From Psammoneis japonica (Eukaryota): 64,000 bases of DNA. The stretch covers positions 654,840 through 718,839 of the forward strand of contig QPGO01000016.1 in NCBI GenBank assembly GCA_008632985.1. The letters are read 5' to 3'. The position numbers and the translations under genes were made by a program. Shown in pieces: positions 1 to 13,843 of the stretch (position 1 is the stretch's first letter; each line of letters starts with the position of its first letter). A model generated the notes under the pieces. That model saw only the letters and a list, made by a program, of their open reading frames with translations. It ran no database searches and was not told the DNA's origin.

Positions 1-845
1 GCTGATTTGACACAACACAACAACACAGAGATGGGCCAAAAGTTTTCACACAAGCTGTCAAACAAAAAAAGCCCCTTTCCCTGCTTCCCATCTTCTCAGC
101 AACTGTGCTGGTGGGAAACAAGCCCCTCAGGAAGGGGCTGACCATGTGGCTGGTCAGCAAGCATGCAAAAGATGAGAAATGCGCAGGAATGAGGATGGAC
201 GATCACTGCACGTGCTGACACCATTGCCAAATGTGGTGCTCGCACACATGAAAGATGGCCCACCATCATGGCAGACAGTGCAAAGCTCCATTCTTTCTGC
301 AGCGGAGCCATTGCATGAGGTCCTGCCCCCCCAGAAATTCACAAATGTGTCGATGCTGAAATTGCCGTGCCTTGTCACATGTGAACTCTGGCCACAATCC
401 GGGTTTCACACAGTCAACTCTTTTGCACCCTTGCAACCAAACTCAAAGCAACTCACCGACCCACCCACTCACCCACCCACTCTCGTGCACTCACCAGCCA
501 TGCACTGACTCACAAGCGGGGCTTTGGCATGCCTTGGCTGGGGGGTGGCCAGTGGTCCCAGGCTGCTGCTGCTGTGCCCACCTCCCTTCGGATGTCATGC
601 CCAACAGGAACAAGAAAATCCCAGGTGTGTGTGTCACACACATGTCAAAAACACCAGTCATTCACACATGTTTTCATGTCGTGTTTCCCGCCAATTTTGG
701 TGCGTTTTTACGATTAGACCCGCGTTTTGCGCGGGAACCAACAACATGTGTGTCACACCACGAGACGCAGTGTCGTGCAAATGTCTTCCGTTCAGCTCGT
801 GCATGTCTGACTCGCGCGTTTTTTTCGGTCACATCGTCTCCGCCA
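1..845. mobile_element. TpA-depleted, repeat-like domain (end of an unidentified degenerate element)
   Basis: Almost no TA dinucleotides before ~845 and very CA/TG-rich. Its ORFs are Cys/His-rich and Tyr-poor, as in the transposon block at 32-50 kb. No recognisable protein. Confidence 0.5.
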
Positions 846-1355
846 CAGATATCTTTTATCTTTATGTATGGACATTGGTCATTGACACTCTAAAAGATAC
901 CTTTGTGGAGTCTGCTATGCAGTTTTGTGTAGAGGACACGTCGCACATTACCAAACCCGGAACCACAACGGAAGTGCGCGCCTTTTTCACAAAGTTGGGA
1001 CGAATTAAATATATATTTAGACCTGAAGTTTGTATTGATTTTCGAAACGATTTGGATGCGATAGTCAAATCTAACTATTATTTAAAAGTCACAATTTTTC
1101 ACACTTTCAAAAATTATCTTCACTAAAATGAATGAATATATAAGATTAGTGTCCTTAAGTGGAAATTTTGGTCTCGAACGGACGGGAACTCCGCTGGCCG
1201 GCCGTCTCGTCCCATGAATTTTTGTGCTCGCGCCAATTTTGTGCTACTTTACACGTAGAAATTGTACGCAATCTCGGCAGTAGCGCATTTGTTTTTTTTC
1301 ACAAAATTTTTTGCGAACGCACTCGCAAAAGTGAGAAGGCTATCAATGTCAAACC

Positions 1356-2899
1356 ATGTCGACCACCATGACAACCACCGCATACTATTACCATGAGGAG
1401 GAACATCCATCGTTTTATAGTGCTAAAGATCATCATTCTAGTATGCATGAATCGTCGATACTGAATTTAACAACAGACGATGATGAAAGCGGAGTAGGCA
1501 CACCTCTCAATCAAAGCATGGAGCAACAACAACAACAACAACAAGTAGTGTATACAGCTACTCCCAATAATAACAATAGTTGTTGTGAAGCAACAACAAC
1601 GACACTTGATACTACAACGAAACATTCCGATTGGAGTTTTAATCTATTGGATACATCCAATTTGTCTCTGGCAAATGTGACGGATTCGATTGTCAACGGT
1701 CTCTGTAGCAGCAACACTACTACGGCAGTCACAGAGCAACAGCCGCAAGAGTCTCGTTGTTTGCCACGAACGCATTCCAATGACTTTTTAAGTCTCTTGG
1801 GATGTGTCGAACCACCCACGGACGATGAATTGGTACACGTATGGCCTCAACAAGTGGTTGTATCTTCTTCTTCAAACAATTTATTTTTTGAAAAGCGTGC
1901 TACACCGCAAGAACGCGCAGAGCGCAAGCAAAAACAATCTCATCATGCCATGCCTCTGTTGAAAACAACACGATCCATGGATGATGCGGCACTCCGAAGT
2001 ACGCATGTTCATTCTAAAAAGAAAACTGCCAATTCGGCAGACGTTTCGTTTGGAGATTGGCTCTTGGGAACCGATCATGATCCTTTGGAACAAGTGATTG
2101 GCAAGGGTCTGGAACCCATTCTACCCGAAGAAACAGAAGAACTCGAAGTCTTGTCGTATGATTCCGATCCCGAAGATTGGGAACAGTGTTGGTCATCGGA
2201 TCCCGGAGTACCGAGCAGCAGTAATCGAAATCATTCACTGCTGGATGATGATGATGAGCGAGAACCCGATCAGCAGCACTATGTGCCGTTTGATTTTCAT
2301 CGAGCAAGAATTGCGGAGCGGGCCGGACAAGAGGGTGTTTTGGAAACACACTCGGTTGATCCGACTCTGATGGTAAGGACTTGAGTATTCTTTTGTGTTG
2401 TTGTGTATACTGCGTTGTGCTTATCGCTGACACTCCTTTCGTTTCTCTCTTTTAGGACGTTCTCAATTCCACCTTTCACCTGACACTCCATCCTCCCCAC
2501 GGCGCAAGTCCCACCAAGATTTCCGTATGGATGGAACGCGGCACCATGTTGAATCGCGGCCAAACCATTGTCGAACCCAAACTCATGTGGCGCAAACGAC
2601 GCTTGTCAAACAATCGTCTCTCGCCCGTCTGTCAACGTCTCCGGCTCTTGGAGATTTGTCGCATTACTCAAAACCAAGAATTGGATCGCCGCCTCTATCC
2701 CTACGCCATGCCGACCAAGACATTCTTGGTCAAGACGTGTCATGGAGACGAATTTTGCATGGAAGCATCGTCGTCGGACAAATGTCGTCAAGTGGTGGAG
2801 GGATGGAAGTTGTGTGTGGCACGGCTTGCGTCTCTGGCGGTGGTGGAGGATATGGAAACCATGGCGTTGGAATTTTTTACCACCAGCACAATTATGTAA
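1356..2899 (+). CDS. Hypothetical protein: low-complexity N-terminus, globular (possibly PH-like) C-terminal domain; 2 exons (1356-2372, 2456-2899)
   Basis: An 83-bp intron (GTAAGG at 2373, GCTGAC branch site, TTTAG ending 2455) joins ORF 1356 in frame to ORF 2531-2899 (..PTLM|DVLNSTF..WMERGT..EPKLMWR). Confidence 0.8.
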
Positions 2900-3056
2900 A
2901 TGGAGAATTGTGTGTATTTTAATAATAGAGTAACTATAGAGCAGCAAATATTTTAAGAATGAAGAGAGTCTAGTAGTTTTGCTCTTTTGTGTCATGTTTA
3001 AACAAGCAGGAAAGTCATTGGAGCGGTACTTACTCGTGCCTTGCTTCCGGTGATTA

Positions 3057-3448
3057 GCTGTGGAGCTTCTGTAAACGATCCGTCTTGTAGTTCTAGTTGG
3101 CCGGTACTCGCAAACACAGCGGGTTGCTGTCGTCTCGATTGCGCAACACATACCCGCCAAGACACGGGGTGGGCAATGATGAATTGATGTCCTTTTCTTG
3201 TTGCTGAGCACAATCACTCGCAATATTCCTTTTCGACCGTCTTGTTTGAATTGCAGAAATGACATCCCTCGTTGCAGCATGTTTTGAACCAAATCGTATT
3301 ACTGGGCAAACTTGTGCAACAAACTTGGGCCAGAAGGAGTACCGTCTTGGTCACAGACGGATTCACATAAAGCAATGCTCTTGCAGGAAGCGTGTTTGAG
3401 CGAGTTGTTGTTGTTTGTCTGTTGTGTAGACGCCCATGGTGGCGTCCT
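3057..3448 (-). pseudogene. Degenerate duplicate of the 3' end of the RAB3GAP1 gene
   Basis: Aligns with 3571-3990 with small deletions and substitutions; shared peptides HASCKSIALCESVCD, VQNMLQR, KQDGRKGILRVI, GQLELQDGSF. Confidence 0.85.
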
Positions 3449-3538
3449 CAAGTTGAAAGAGAGGAGTACCCGTGTTTTGCTTCGGGTATTTGCTATTAGA
3501 AGTAGCATTATGCCTTTAGCTTATTATACACTAAAATA

Positions 3539-6500
3539 TCATTCACAGTGGCACTTTGTCAAGGCAACAAGCTGTGGAGCTTCTTTAAACGATCCGTCTT
3601 GTAGTTCTAGTTGGCCGGATCGCACACACAGCTGACAGGGGTTGCTGTCGTCTCGATTGCGCAACACATACTCGCAAAGACACGGCGTGGGCAATGATGA
3701 ATCGTTGTCGTACTTTTCTTGCTGCTGTGCAATCACTCGCAATATTCCTTTTCGACCGTCTTGTTTGCAAAGAGCAATGGCATCCCCGTCGGCTCGTTGC
3801 AGCATGTTTTGAACCAAATCGTATTGTTGGGGAAACTTATGCAACAAACTCGTGGCACGGGCCAAAAGGAGTTCCGTCTTGGTCATGCAGTCACAGACGG
3901 ATTCGCACAGAGCAATGCTCTTGCAGGAAGCGTGTTGCGGGAGTTGCTGTTGCTGGTTATCTGTTGTATAGACACCCATGGTGGCGTCTTGTGAAAGCGA
4001 AATCAAGGTGGCTTCCATTTCGCGTCTCAGTTCTCCAAGTGCAGCGTGAACGACACGAATGTGAATCGCATCCTCATCGGCTGCAGCCGCCACGAGACAA
4101 AAGTACGACATGGACAAGTTGACCGCCATGATTTGATTCAGCAGATTAGCAGGATGCATGGTTTCCAGCTCGTGAAGTAGTATTTCAATAGTTTGGTCCA
4201 CGTCAAAGAGTGGTTGTTCTTGTTGGAGCGCCGCACAGGGAGTAGCTTCGTCCCATGTACCCGACCAGAAATCTCGAGTTGCGTTTAGGATTTGAATGGC
4301 ATCAGAGGCTTGGTCGAATTGCACAGCGGTGGATAGGCTGTCAGTATCGCGATTCAAAGAGTCGTCCTTGTACTCATCTAAAGGATTACCTGGATTGCCA
4401 TACCAATTGGTGAAATCTTGAAAGATGGCTCCCGGGTTGGCAGCCTTGAACGCACGCATGTCGCTCAGTAGCTTTGGCTTTTGAAGGCGAAGTGCCAATT
4501 CGAGTCGATCCTCCACGGCACTGTGCCCGTCCCTGCCTTTGACAGTTTTAGCCATCATCATTTTGCGTTCGAGTATGGTCTTGTCAGTCAAGGGATTTGG
4601 TCGCTGCAAGTAGGGTGCATACAATTGATCGCCGCTTGCTACAAGACTTGCCCCATGAACGGGGCATCTAGCTCCTTGTCGCTGTTGACGTTGAGTGACA
4701 TTCACCATGTCATCCCTCGGTTTCTCTGCCATTACATCAAAGGCATCATCATAATTATTGAGTGTGGAGAGACTACGGCCTTCGGTGGCGTCGCAAAAGT
4801 CAAGCCTAGTACTGGCGGTGGCAACCGTAGTTTGTTCGTGCCCTTCCTCTTCTTCGATTGGCACCATGGGAGTAGCAGGCGTGTTGTCTACGATTCCGAT
4901 TCCTGCGCCGCTGCCGCTAACACCGGCCTGGGGTGTTGTATCACCGTCGTCGTTCGTCGAGGCGCGGTCTGACAATTCCATGGATGAATTCACATTGTTT
5001 ATAACCTCGGTAGACGCTACACTTGGGGCCGGGCATGCATTGTCACTGCCGTCATGGGATACATCATCGACATGATTATGCTCATCACTTTGTTCTTCCG
5101 CATGCATTCGCTCAAGTCTCTCAACCTCCAATAGCTCCATTGCCGTTGTGCTTTCGATGCAAATGTTGTAGACCTATGTTCGAGTGGTAACAGAAAGTGC
5201 GTGGGAATTTGCAGACAGTACTACGACACGAAGACGACATAAGTTACCACCATTGATAGTGGTTGACGCACCTGAAGTTTCTGTCCAACCAAGCAGTGAT
5301 TCTCGTCTGGATCAGGTTCCGAGCAATGAACGTACGCAGCGAGATCAGCCTTGACCCCAATGGTGGAAAAGGTACGCCGTGTCGTAGCTTCGTCGGGATG
5401 CGGGTCCAATCCTGGTACAGGACCCATGTTTGGAATACTCAAACGCAAATACCACCGTTTTCGCAGTTCCTTGACAAAGGCCAACCATACCAACGCCATG
5501 GACGACGGTGATCGTAACCGTGACATGTGAAGAAATAAAATAGACAAGAGTCTACCGACGGGAGCCGACTTGGCAAGTGGAGCAAAGTACGGTTCGTCCT
5601 TGGACGCTTTCTGGCCATGGACAAACATTTCTTCCGGCGGACTGGGAAAAGACAGCATCGACGTTTGGTCCAACACGTGTTGTACGATAGCTTCGGCTTG
5701 ATCAAAATCAATCATGTGATCGGCCACATCGGTCCAACTCATGGCCTCCACCAAACTACGAGTGACTGGGCCGGTATGCGACTGTTGCATAATCCAATCC
5801 AACGCCGCTGCATCAAAGTCTCCTTCACACCATTCATCCAAAACGGCTTCGTTGGTGACATGCTGAAGCATAGTGTCGGAATGAAGCGATGCTGTCCGAA
5901 TTAATGCCGCCAAGACACACCGCTGTGACGTTGCCAGCGCGGCTACATTGCATACATTGACATCATGATGGGCCTGCACGGAAAAGTCAGCCGACAAGGC
6001 CAACGGATCCAACGTGGCCCGTTCCACCGAGTCTTGTAGGTCATGCAAATCACGAGACGACAAGCCATGCCGTGACCGCGTCTTGAGCGGAAGCAACAAG
6101 AGGGGCTGGACCGAATCCTCCGTCTTGCGTCCAATACAGGAAACCACTTGTGGCCCGCTCCACTTGACGTCACGTGTACACTGGCCAATGGGTCGTCGGC
6201 TGTGGACCACATGGTTCTTCTAGCGTGGCTCCCCACGCGTCTTCCAACAAGTGTGTGGCGTGTCGACGACACTTTAATCGATACGTTTCAACGCTCTCAT
6301 CATCATTTTCAATTTCGGGCGGAGTACGCCATGCCTTGATCAAATCATAATTGGACGAATCATCAAACAAGATGCTTGTTCGTGCTTTTGGCTTTGGTTT
6401 GTGCCATGCATAGACATGACGTGCACCCAGTAGCGCGACGGGTTGTTGTTGTTGATGTTGCGGTCCAAGAGGGACATTGCATTGTCGCATGAGTAGTCTG

Positions 6501-7530
6501 GCCCAATCATCCAGACTAGTACTGCTACTGTGATTGTTGTCGTGTAGTTGTGGCAAGACGGCCGTCCAAAAGGTGGCGTGTTCCATACACGTTGCAATCA
6601 TGGGCGACACACAAACCGTCTTGTTGATTACATTGTTGGGTGCAAGCTTTTTCTTTTTCTTCTTGGTAAAGATACGTTTTCGTTTTGTAATTAGCATTGG
6701 CGGTGGCGGTGGAGTCATGCATCCTGGAAAGTATGAATCATGATGATTGCGCAAGGTTGGGGCACTGGGGTGATAGGTTCTCCAGAGTCCAAAGACGGGA
6801 ATGTTGCATGCCATGTTGGATGCGGCACAATTCATGGCGGTTTGTAGCATACCCGAAAGGACACCCAAGGTGACCCACGGCAGTGTCGTGGATGCGTCGT
6901 GACGCTTTTGCAAGGACTGCTGGAGTGCCTCCAAGACGTCCTCCGTGTCTGCCGCTGGTGACAAGGTCAAGTGCTGTCCGATACCAAAGAGTAGAGAAAA
7001 ATTCTCAAACACATCACTGGGCATTTTGGTAAAGTCCAAGCGTTGTAACGAATGAGGCAATGCTCTGTCGTTGTGATACGACGTTGAGTCCTGCTATTAT
7101 CGTTGTTTGTTCTGATGGTCCATCCCATAGTGCCAGAGTCAAGGGAACCGTCGCTCGTCCTGTGATAATTGTACTGTAAAATTGAGTTCACTCGATCGAA
7201 TCAATTGCACCTCTTGTCGATTTTCCTGGGGACTTTCTTCTTTGATTTCTTCCTTTGTTTCTCGTTGCAACGGTTGCTGACTATTTTCCGCAACGAGCAG
7301 TGAACTGCTGTTGAAACTATGAAGCAATTTCCTTCTTGTGGTTTTAAATTGGGCATGCTACCACTGCGGTTCATTGTACATGGATGAGTCGTCTTCGTTG
7401 CAGCAAAGGATACGTGACGATCCGTCTTGGTCAAGTGCCACGATCGCAACAACGTTTCGACATCTCGTGCCAAACGTTCCACTTGAGTCGAACAAGAATA
7501 ATCCGTGTACTCATCGTCGCCGAGTGGCAT
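3539..7530 (-). CDS. RAB3GAP1: Rab3 GTPase-activating protein catalytic subunit (intron ~5174-5271; several apparent frameshifts at ~7330, 7150-7060, 6220-6170)
   Basis: N-terminal YTDYSCSTQVERLARDVETLLRSW; middle KSAPVGRLL..W..FVKELRKRW and CLVGQKLQ; C-terminal LLSDMRAFKAANPGAIFQDFTNWY signature. Confidence 0.85.
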
Positions 7531-7904
7531 TCTATATTTTGTGAATGCTTTATGAAAATCAAACAAACTAACACTCTTCAATACGACTGGGTTGTAAAAG
7601 AAGATAAACAGAGGTGCCTTCTCTTGAAAACTCTAGAGACACACACTGACAACAACAGAATCATCAAGTCGGCATGCTGTGCTTCGGCTTCAAGTTTTTC
7701 TGCAGAAAAAAAAAATGTGAGACACGCACGTCGACAGACTTGAGTCGACCGAGTCGAACTCTGTTTGGCGCCAAGCACATCAGCACGGGCCGTCGGGCGT
7801 GTGTGTCGAATTTGTACCAATTTCTACGCAACAGCCTGCATCGCATTGCTACATCACAAAACACACATCACTACAGCAAACAACAACAAGACATTACAAC
7901 AACC

Positions 7905-8777
7905 ATGGTTCTTCCTCTTCGCAACAAGACCAACACGACGACTCGTGGTAACAACAAGCAACCCACCGATCATCCGGCGGTGTTTCGTTCACCGCGGCTG
8001 CTCCCACGACGGAAAAGAAAAAGGCGTTGCCTCGTACGCCGCATCCCAACAAGAAGCAACGTCGTGATGATAACAAAAACAATACTACTACAGAACCGTA
8101 TCCACGTACACCCTTTCCTACCAAGCAGCGTGACGACGACAATCGCAAAAACATGGACGAAGAGCAGCAGCCCATGATGATGAAGAACCATCATGAGCCG
8201 TCGGTACGTATCGATTGTTCCACCACGGATTTCCACGTGATTTTCAGTACTAATTATACGTATCCTTTTTCTACTATAGATGATGAACGACGACACGGTC
8301 GTTCATAATGACAACAACGACGACGCCCTTGTCCATCATCAAGACAAGAACGACAATGTTCCTCTCGAGGACGACGACGACAAGCCAATGGTGGAAGATA
8401 CGATCAATTGGTCGGAATTCGAACAGCACGAACCGGCCGCAACGGACATTCCCATCTTTTTGGAGGCTCGTCTCCGTCGCGAGGCGGCCAATAAACAGTT
8501 TGGTGCTGCCCTGGATGCCTGTCACGAGGCTCTTCAGGAAGCGACGCAGGCTGTCTTGAATGTCGCGGTGGAGTATTACCAAGCGACCCAGGAAAAACTC
8601 GATGACTTGGAAGGAGACATTACCGAGCATTTCCAGCACAACCACGAGACGCGGCCGTCATGGAACAGCGCTTGCAAGAGACGGCTCAGCAGACGCAGGG
8701 ACTCATTGCCAAGTTTTTCAGAATTGTCTCATCCGTTTGGTGGTGCTGCTCCGGGAGAGCAGCAGCAGCAAGAGTAG
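7905..8777 (+). CDS. Hypothetical acidic/coiled-coil protein, split over several frames
   Basis: Consecutive overlapping coding-like ORFs (ATG at 7905, 8027-8308, 8280-8777); no family recognised. Confidence 0.45.
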
Positions 8778-9331
8778 AGATTCCCAAGTATTGTATGTCT
8801 ATTGAGCGACTCGGAAGAGATTATCGAATCCAGGAACGTCATTTCTCCACGCCTGTGTATTGAGCGGGTGCAGTCAAGGGCCGACCTTTGTAGTAATGTA
8901 GGAGGGTGAGATGGAAACCACTTCGAACAACTTGGATATACCCAACCTTTCAAGATTCGAGCTTCCTCCTCCCAATTGCTCCAGTCTGTAGCCATTGACT
9001 GGATATAATGATGTAGTAGAATCAAACCAACGGACAGGAATCGATTGTAGCGTCATTTCGTTCGTTTCGGACCTGTGGACTAACACATGGTCCAACGTCT
9101 TCTTGTCTTCCGCGACGGACTGGCAGCACGAGTTGAGACCTTCAAGAAGTGTGCTTTTACATATGAAACGAGTGAGGGTGGTGGCGTTTATCCGCCATGC
9201 CTTGCACCTCGAGAGAGAGAGTGGGTGGAGTCATTAGACGGCTTGTGTAATGTCAAAAGACAGAGACACACCACTTCTAAGCCACTCGAGCATACTCCAC
9301 CTCTGAAGTCTCGAATCGAGATTTGCGTCGC

Positions 9332-10492
9332 CTAGTTTGTTCCGGAGCTCTTGAGTGACACGTGGTCAAAAGTATGATCTTCGCTACTGACAATACAATT
9401 CAACACGTCCAAATCGTCCTTGTCTTTTGCTGGCGAATCACCATCGTCCTTGTTTAACGAGTTACTTTGTGATTCGTCTCTGGTCGAATCGTTCTCGGGT
9501 GATAAGGAAACATGGTGCTGTTGGAGGGCGTCGTAGAAAATATCGAAGCTTTCTTGTGCTTCCATGCTGTCCATTTTCGCTCGTTCGTTGGCATCTTCAT
9601 CATCATTGGCCGAATTTTGAATGAGCAAATCAATATTGTCCACGATCCTTGGTGGTTTTTCATCGTCCATGTCTTCAGATACTTCATTTTTGCTCTCTTC
9701 GGAATCGATATTGTCCATAATGCATGGTGATTTCGCGTCGTCCATGTCTTCGGACACATCATTCTCGCTTTCGTCCGTATCCAACAACATGTCTACACGA
9801 TTCTCAAACGAGGAATCCGTAACAATTTCGCTTTCACAGTCACAGGATTCATCATCCTCATTGACTTGCTTGTTGCGACTACGAGCACTCGAGTTGTCCG
9901 ATGAACCTTTCTCCCAATTCTGAGTGTCTTGTGATTGCATCAAATCGTTGTACCAATCCGTTTCAAGGGACATTTTCTCAAGCTCACTGGCCATTTTCTT
10001 GAGACGGCTACTTTGGCTTCTTTCCAAACAAAACTCGTCAAAGTCAGCGTCCGCCGCGACAAAGTATTCGTCGTGATTCTTGCGTGGCGAGGGGTCGTCT
10101 GCAAAGTCCAATCTCTTGGGTCGCATGGCAGGCGGCGAGCCATCACTCGAAGACGACAAAGTCCGCACCATGTCAATATCGTATGCCGATTGCTCCTCGT
10201 CATTGTCGTCAGATCGGCTTTGCATAACAAGCAGGTTGCTGGAAAACGATCCTAGCGAATCGTACTTTTTCCGTTGCTTCAATGCCTTTTTCTGCTTGAG
10301 CCACTCCTTTCGTACGGATCCCTTGGATTCTGACTCACTTGACGTTGTCATGACAATGACGCTGTAGTCCACCACATCTTGGTCTGACGACGATGCCATG
10401 GAGCGTAGCAGCAATGCCTTGTTGTCTTCGCCTTGCTTATTCTGGCTTTCCACACCAGATACTGGACGGGATGGTTTGCATCCGTTTCCCAT
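9332..10492 (-). CDS. Hypothetical acidic protein with MGNGC N-terminus (possible acylation); may continue via frameshift and intron to 8874
   Basis: 386-aa ORF, D/E/S-rich, with an internal 25-aa duplication (DTDESENDVSEDMDD../DSEESKNEVSEDMDD..). A candidate downstream exon ends at 8874. Confidence 0.7.
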   Translation of the reverse strand: MGNGCKPSRPVSGVESQNKQGEDNKALLLRSMASSSDQDVVDYSVIVMTTSSESESKGSVRKEWLKQKKALKQRKKYDSLGSFSSNLLVMQSRSDDNDEEQSAYDIDMVRTLSSSSDGSPPAMRPKRLDFADDPSPRKNHDEYFVAADADFDEFCLERSQSSRLKKMASELEKMSLETDWYNDLMQSQDTQNWEKGSSDNSSARSRNKQVNEDDESCDCESEIVTDSSFENRVDMLLDTDESENDVSEDMDDAKSPCIMDNIDSEESKNEVSEDMDDEKPPRIVDNIDLLIQNSANDDEDANERAKMDSMEAQESFDIFYDALQQHHVSLSPENDSTRDESQSNSLNKDDGDSPAKDKDDLDVLNCIVSSEDHTFDHVSLKSSGTN

Positions 10493-11154
10493 TTTATGAT
10501 ACTATAGCTCTTTGAAGTGCTTATGAAGCGTTTTCCTAATAAAAGAAAGACAACCAGAAAGTCACGTCAATGAGAACGGCGTGTTTTGTTTTACCTTGAC
10601 GCACACCGGGCAGAAACCCAATTTTCGTTGCAGTGCGGCCAGTTGCTGCGGCATCTCCATAAAACAAGAAAGAGTGACATCGAATTGGAATAGCTGCATA
10701 CCTTTCAATCCTACATAATGACCCTTGCCTGCAGTCCCTTCCAATGACCAAACACACGTCCGAAAACAAAAAAATAAAAAGTGCGCTCTGCTCTCTTGTG
10801 TCGGTCGCCACGCCACCTGCTTCCTGTTTGCGCCAACTTTGTGAGCGAGAAACGTTGGTCGTTAGCTCATAAGAATGTTCAATATTCAAAAAAGTAAAAT
10901 ATTCAAATTTGACGGTTACATAGCATAAAAAATATCCACCAAAGCTTATGTTTAGCGTTTTTATGATTATGAAACCGTTTTCTATTTCTGTCCAATCAAC
11001 GTCTGCTTTTGCGTAGGTACAATAGTATTGCGTTGTGAGGTGCGTTTTCAGTCACGAGCAAGACAAAGAGAGCCAAGAAAAAAAAGATTTGCTCGCTATC
11101 TCTCTAGACTAGCTAGCTAGAGCTGGAGCATGAGTTCCAACCGTTTTGTTGCAA

Positions 11155-13630
11155 CTAGACTTCATCAAAACTATATTCTGGAAGCTGAGGACACCGTTCG
11201 AGTTCAAGCGCATGCAGCTGAAAGGTGCACAACACGGTCTCTGGCAACTCTGCTTCCTCCGCCGCCTCAATAATGAACGCAAATGCAATCGTCAGGGCAT
11301 TGGTATGTCCCTTGACAACACTGAGAATGCCTTTTGCAATCCTCGAGGCTGTAATGATAATGTCAACTTCGTAGATACCCTTTTTCGAATCCGTCGGACC
11401 CGAAAAGTAATATTGGAGCGGAATCACTTTGCCCAGCAACGCGGGTGATGTACCGGGGCCGACCGCCTTTTTCACAATCCAAGGACCATCGACAACCACC
11501 GGAAGCAACTTTAAACGAGCATCACGGTATTGTTGGTCTCCTTTTATAAACTTGGACCACACTTGTCTCAAATTGTCAGGAAATTCATTCAACGGCGGAA
11601 TGGCAAAGTAGGCAACAAAGTTCCCAAACGGCAAGAGAAAATTCACAACAAAGGTATCGTCTTGTCCCAGTTTGCCACCACACACGCTGGGATGCCGTGC
11701 AATGTGTCGTTCTGGATTGTCCGTCAGCCACACATCGACACCCCGACAAACAAAGGGTTCCCGTGCCGACGGCACCTTGATGCGATCCGTGAGATACGTC
11801 ACACCCCGAACACGAAAGATTTGTGGCTCGGGTTTGGACCAACACGAGACACCATTGTTGGCGGGGTGCTGCGGTAAGGGTGACGACAAAGTAGTAGTAC
11901 TAGTCGACGAGTCTGCTGCTGCAGCGGTGGATGTCGTTTCGATATCGTCATACTCGTCATCTACGCCCTCGTCATCGTCATCTTGTTCTTCATCACTTGT
12001 TGTAGAATGACCACCATCCAAGAGCGAATCTTCCTCTTCTTCCAACATGGAAGCTTCTTCCTCAAAACTTGGTTCTTCTTGTGTCTTTGGAGTTTCAGCA
12101 GTAGCAACAATCGTCGTCGACGACACCTTGACGGGAGGAGACATTATGATTTGTCGATTGGCCACAGTATGTTCGAATCGATGATTTCTCCATCCAGATC
12201 CAAAGACAAATGATACCGCCCAGGATAACAATAGCAAGTCGAGTCGGATTCTCAAAGAAACCATGAAGGATTGATAGACACCCAACACGGGATACAGCAA
12301 AACCAACAAGGCGGCAAGCGTCGCCAAGAACAATTGTTCATGATTCATGATCCAATACAAACAACCGTGCCACGACGTGACTTGGAATGCAGTTTTTGTT
12401 GTTGTTGTTTCTTCTTGCTGCAACCATTGCTTGACTAAATCATTTGGATTTTTTCGAGTCGTTGTTTCCATGGACGACTTGTTCCAGAGAGCGTGTGAAT
12501 CATGCAAACGAGGCCAATCCAACACATCTTGTAGCAAGACAACTTGCCAAGTCGTACTACTTGGCAGTGGTGGTGCAACAGTAGTAGCAGCAATACACCA
12601 AAATTGCCGTAAAGGCTTGGAATTGCAAACGGCACCATCCATGGCTAATTTTCGCAACGCTGAATCCACAAGAGAAATGGATTTTTGTATCGACCGTGCC
12701 TTGTCCATTTCCTTCAAGAGCTCATCCACTTGAGTCAACGTCGTGGTGGTAGTGTCCTTGGCTGCTTTTTTGGAGCTTAAACCAGTGTCGGACCGCAACT
12801 GCTCAAGCAACAATTGTAAATCCTGTCGAGTACGAACCACCATTCGCTCTTCGACGGTCCATTTTTTACTAGACTTTTTGGTGATCTCAATAGCAACAAC
12901 TGAATATCATAGGCAATCTCCAATCGATTCCACCGTTCCACACACACGACTCGGTGTTGCCGAACCTTGGTGACAACAATTTTCCCACTCACGGGTGTTT
13001 CCTTGGTAGAAGTTGTTCTAGTACTGCGAGCTTTGGATGTGACGGGAGCCGAATAATTCAACTATTGCTATTGTCAATCACTTGCAACGCATTATGTTTG
13101 CGCAAGGCATAGAAATAATCCTCATGTTGTTCATAATTTGTTGTCGGATAATCCATGACGGGATCCCACACTCCAAAGTCATTATTATTGTTGTTGTTTG
13201 GAACAGTCGCTGCCCACTGCAACGCCACAACCCAACTCTGTGCTTCTTCCAATGTCGCCACGGCACAAAAATAATCTCGTGGGGGAGGAACAAAGTTTTC
13301 GGGAGGATGACACGCCGTATCATCCACCACAACGGGATTCAAAAGCAAACGTCGTCCATGAAAACAAAAACCATACGTTCCCTTGGGTAATCCCACATGC
13401 AAATCACGAAAAGTCGTGACATCAATAATGCGAGCGTGATAGATTTGCAGCGTAAATTTGGGATCGTCGCCGGGTGGTTCGAGACTAGTAGTACTCGTTG
13501 TGAGCTCAAAGTACCGGACAAAACCACTGTCGGTTAATTGAAGATAACGTGGACGCCATATACGACGGATTTTACCACGTATATGAGCACGTCCTTCGTG
13601 GCGAATCATCGTGCTATTGGGAGCCGTCAT
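11155..13630 (-). CDS. EDR2-like protein: N-terminal PH domain, transmembrane segments, C-terminal DUF1336 (EDR2_C); frameshifted between ~13060 and ~12850
   Basis: PH-like IRRIWRPRYLQL..EEAQSWVVALQ in ORF 13058-13630. FRVRGVTYLTDRIKVPS, RLKLLPVVVDGPWIVKKAVG, YEVDI and ELPETVL in ORF 11155-12843. Confidence 0.85.
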
Positions 13631-13843
13631 GGTATGATTGTTTTGTTAAAAGAGGAAAAGAACAACAACAAAGAGTGTGTCTAGAGTCTCTACAGTAGAC
13701 TATCGCATCATGATGGATCTCGCTCGCTCACATCACGTCAATGGCAATCTTTCGCGCTGTAGAGTCATTTACGTAGAAATGTGTAGAACAGTGCCAAGAA
13801 AATTATTGAAAAGTCTGTCTGTCTGTCCTTAGTGAATTTTAAC

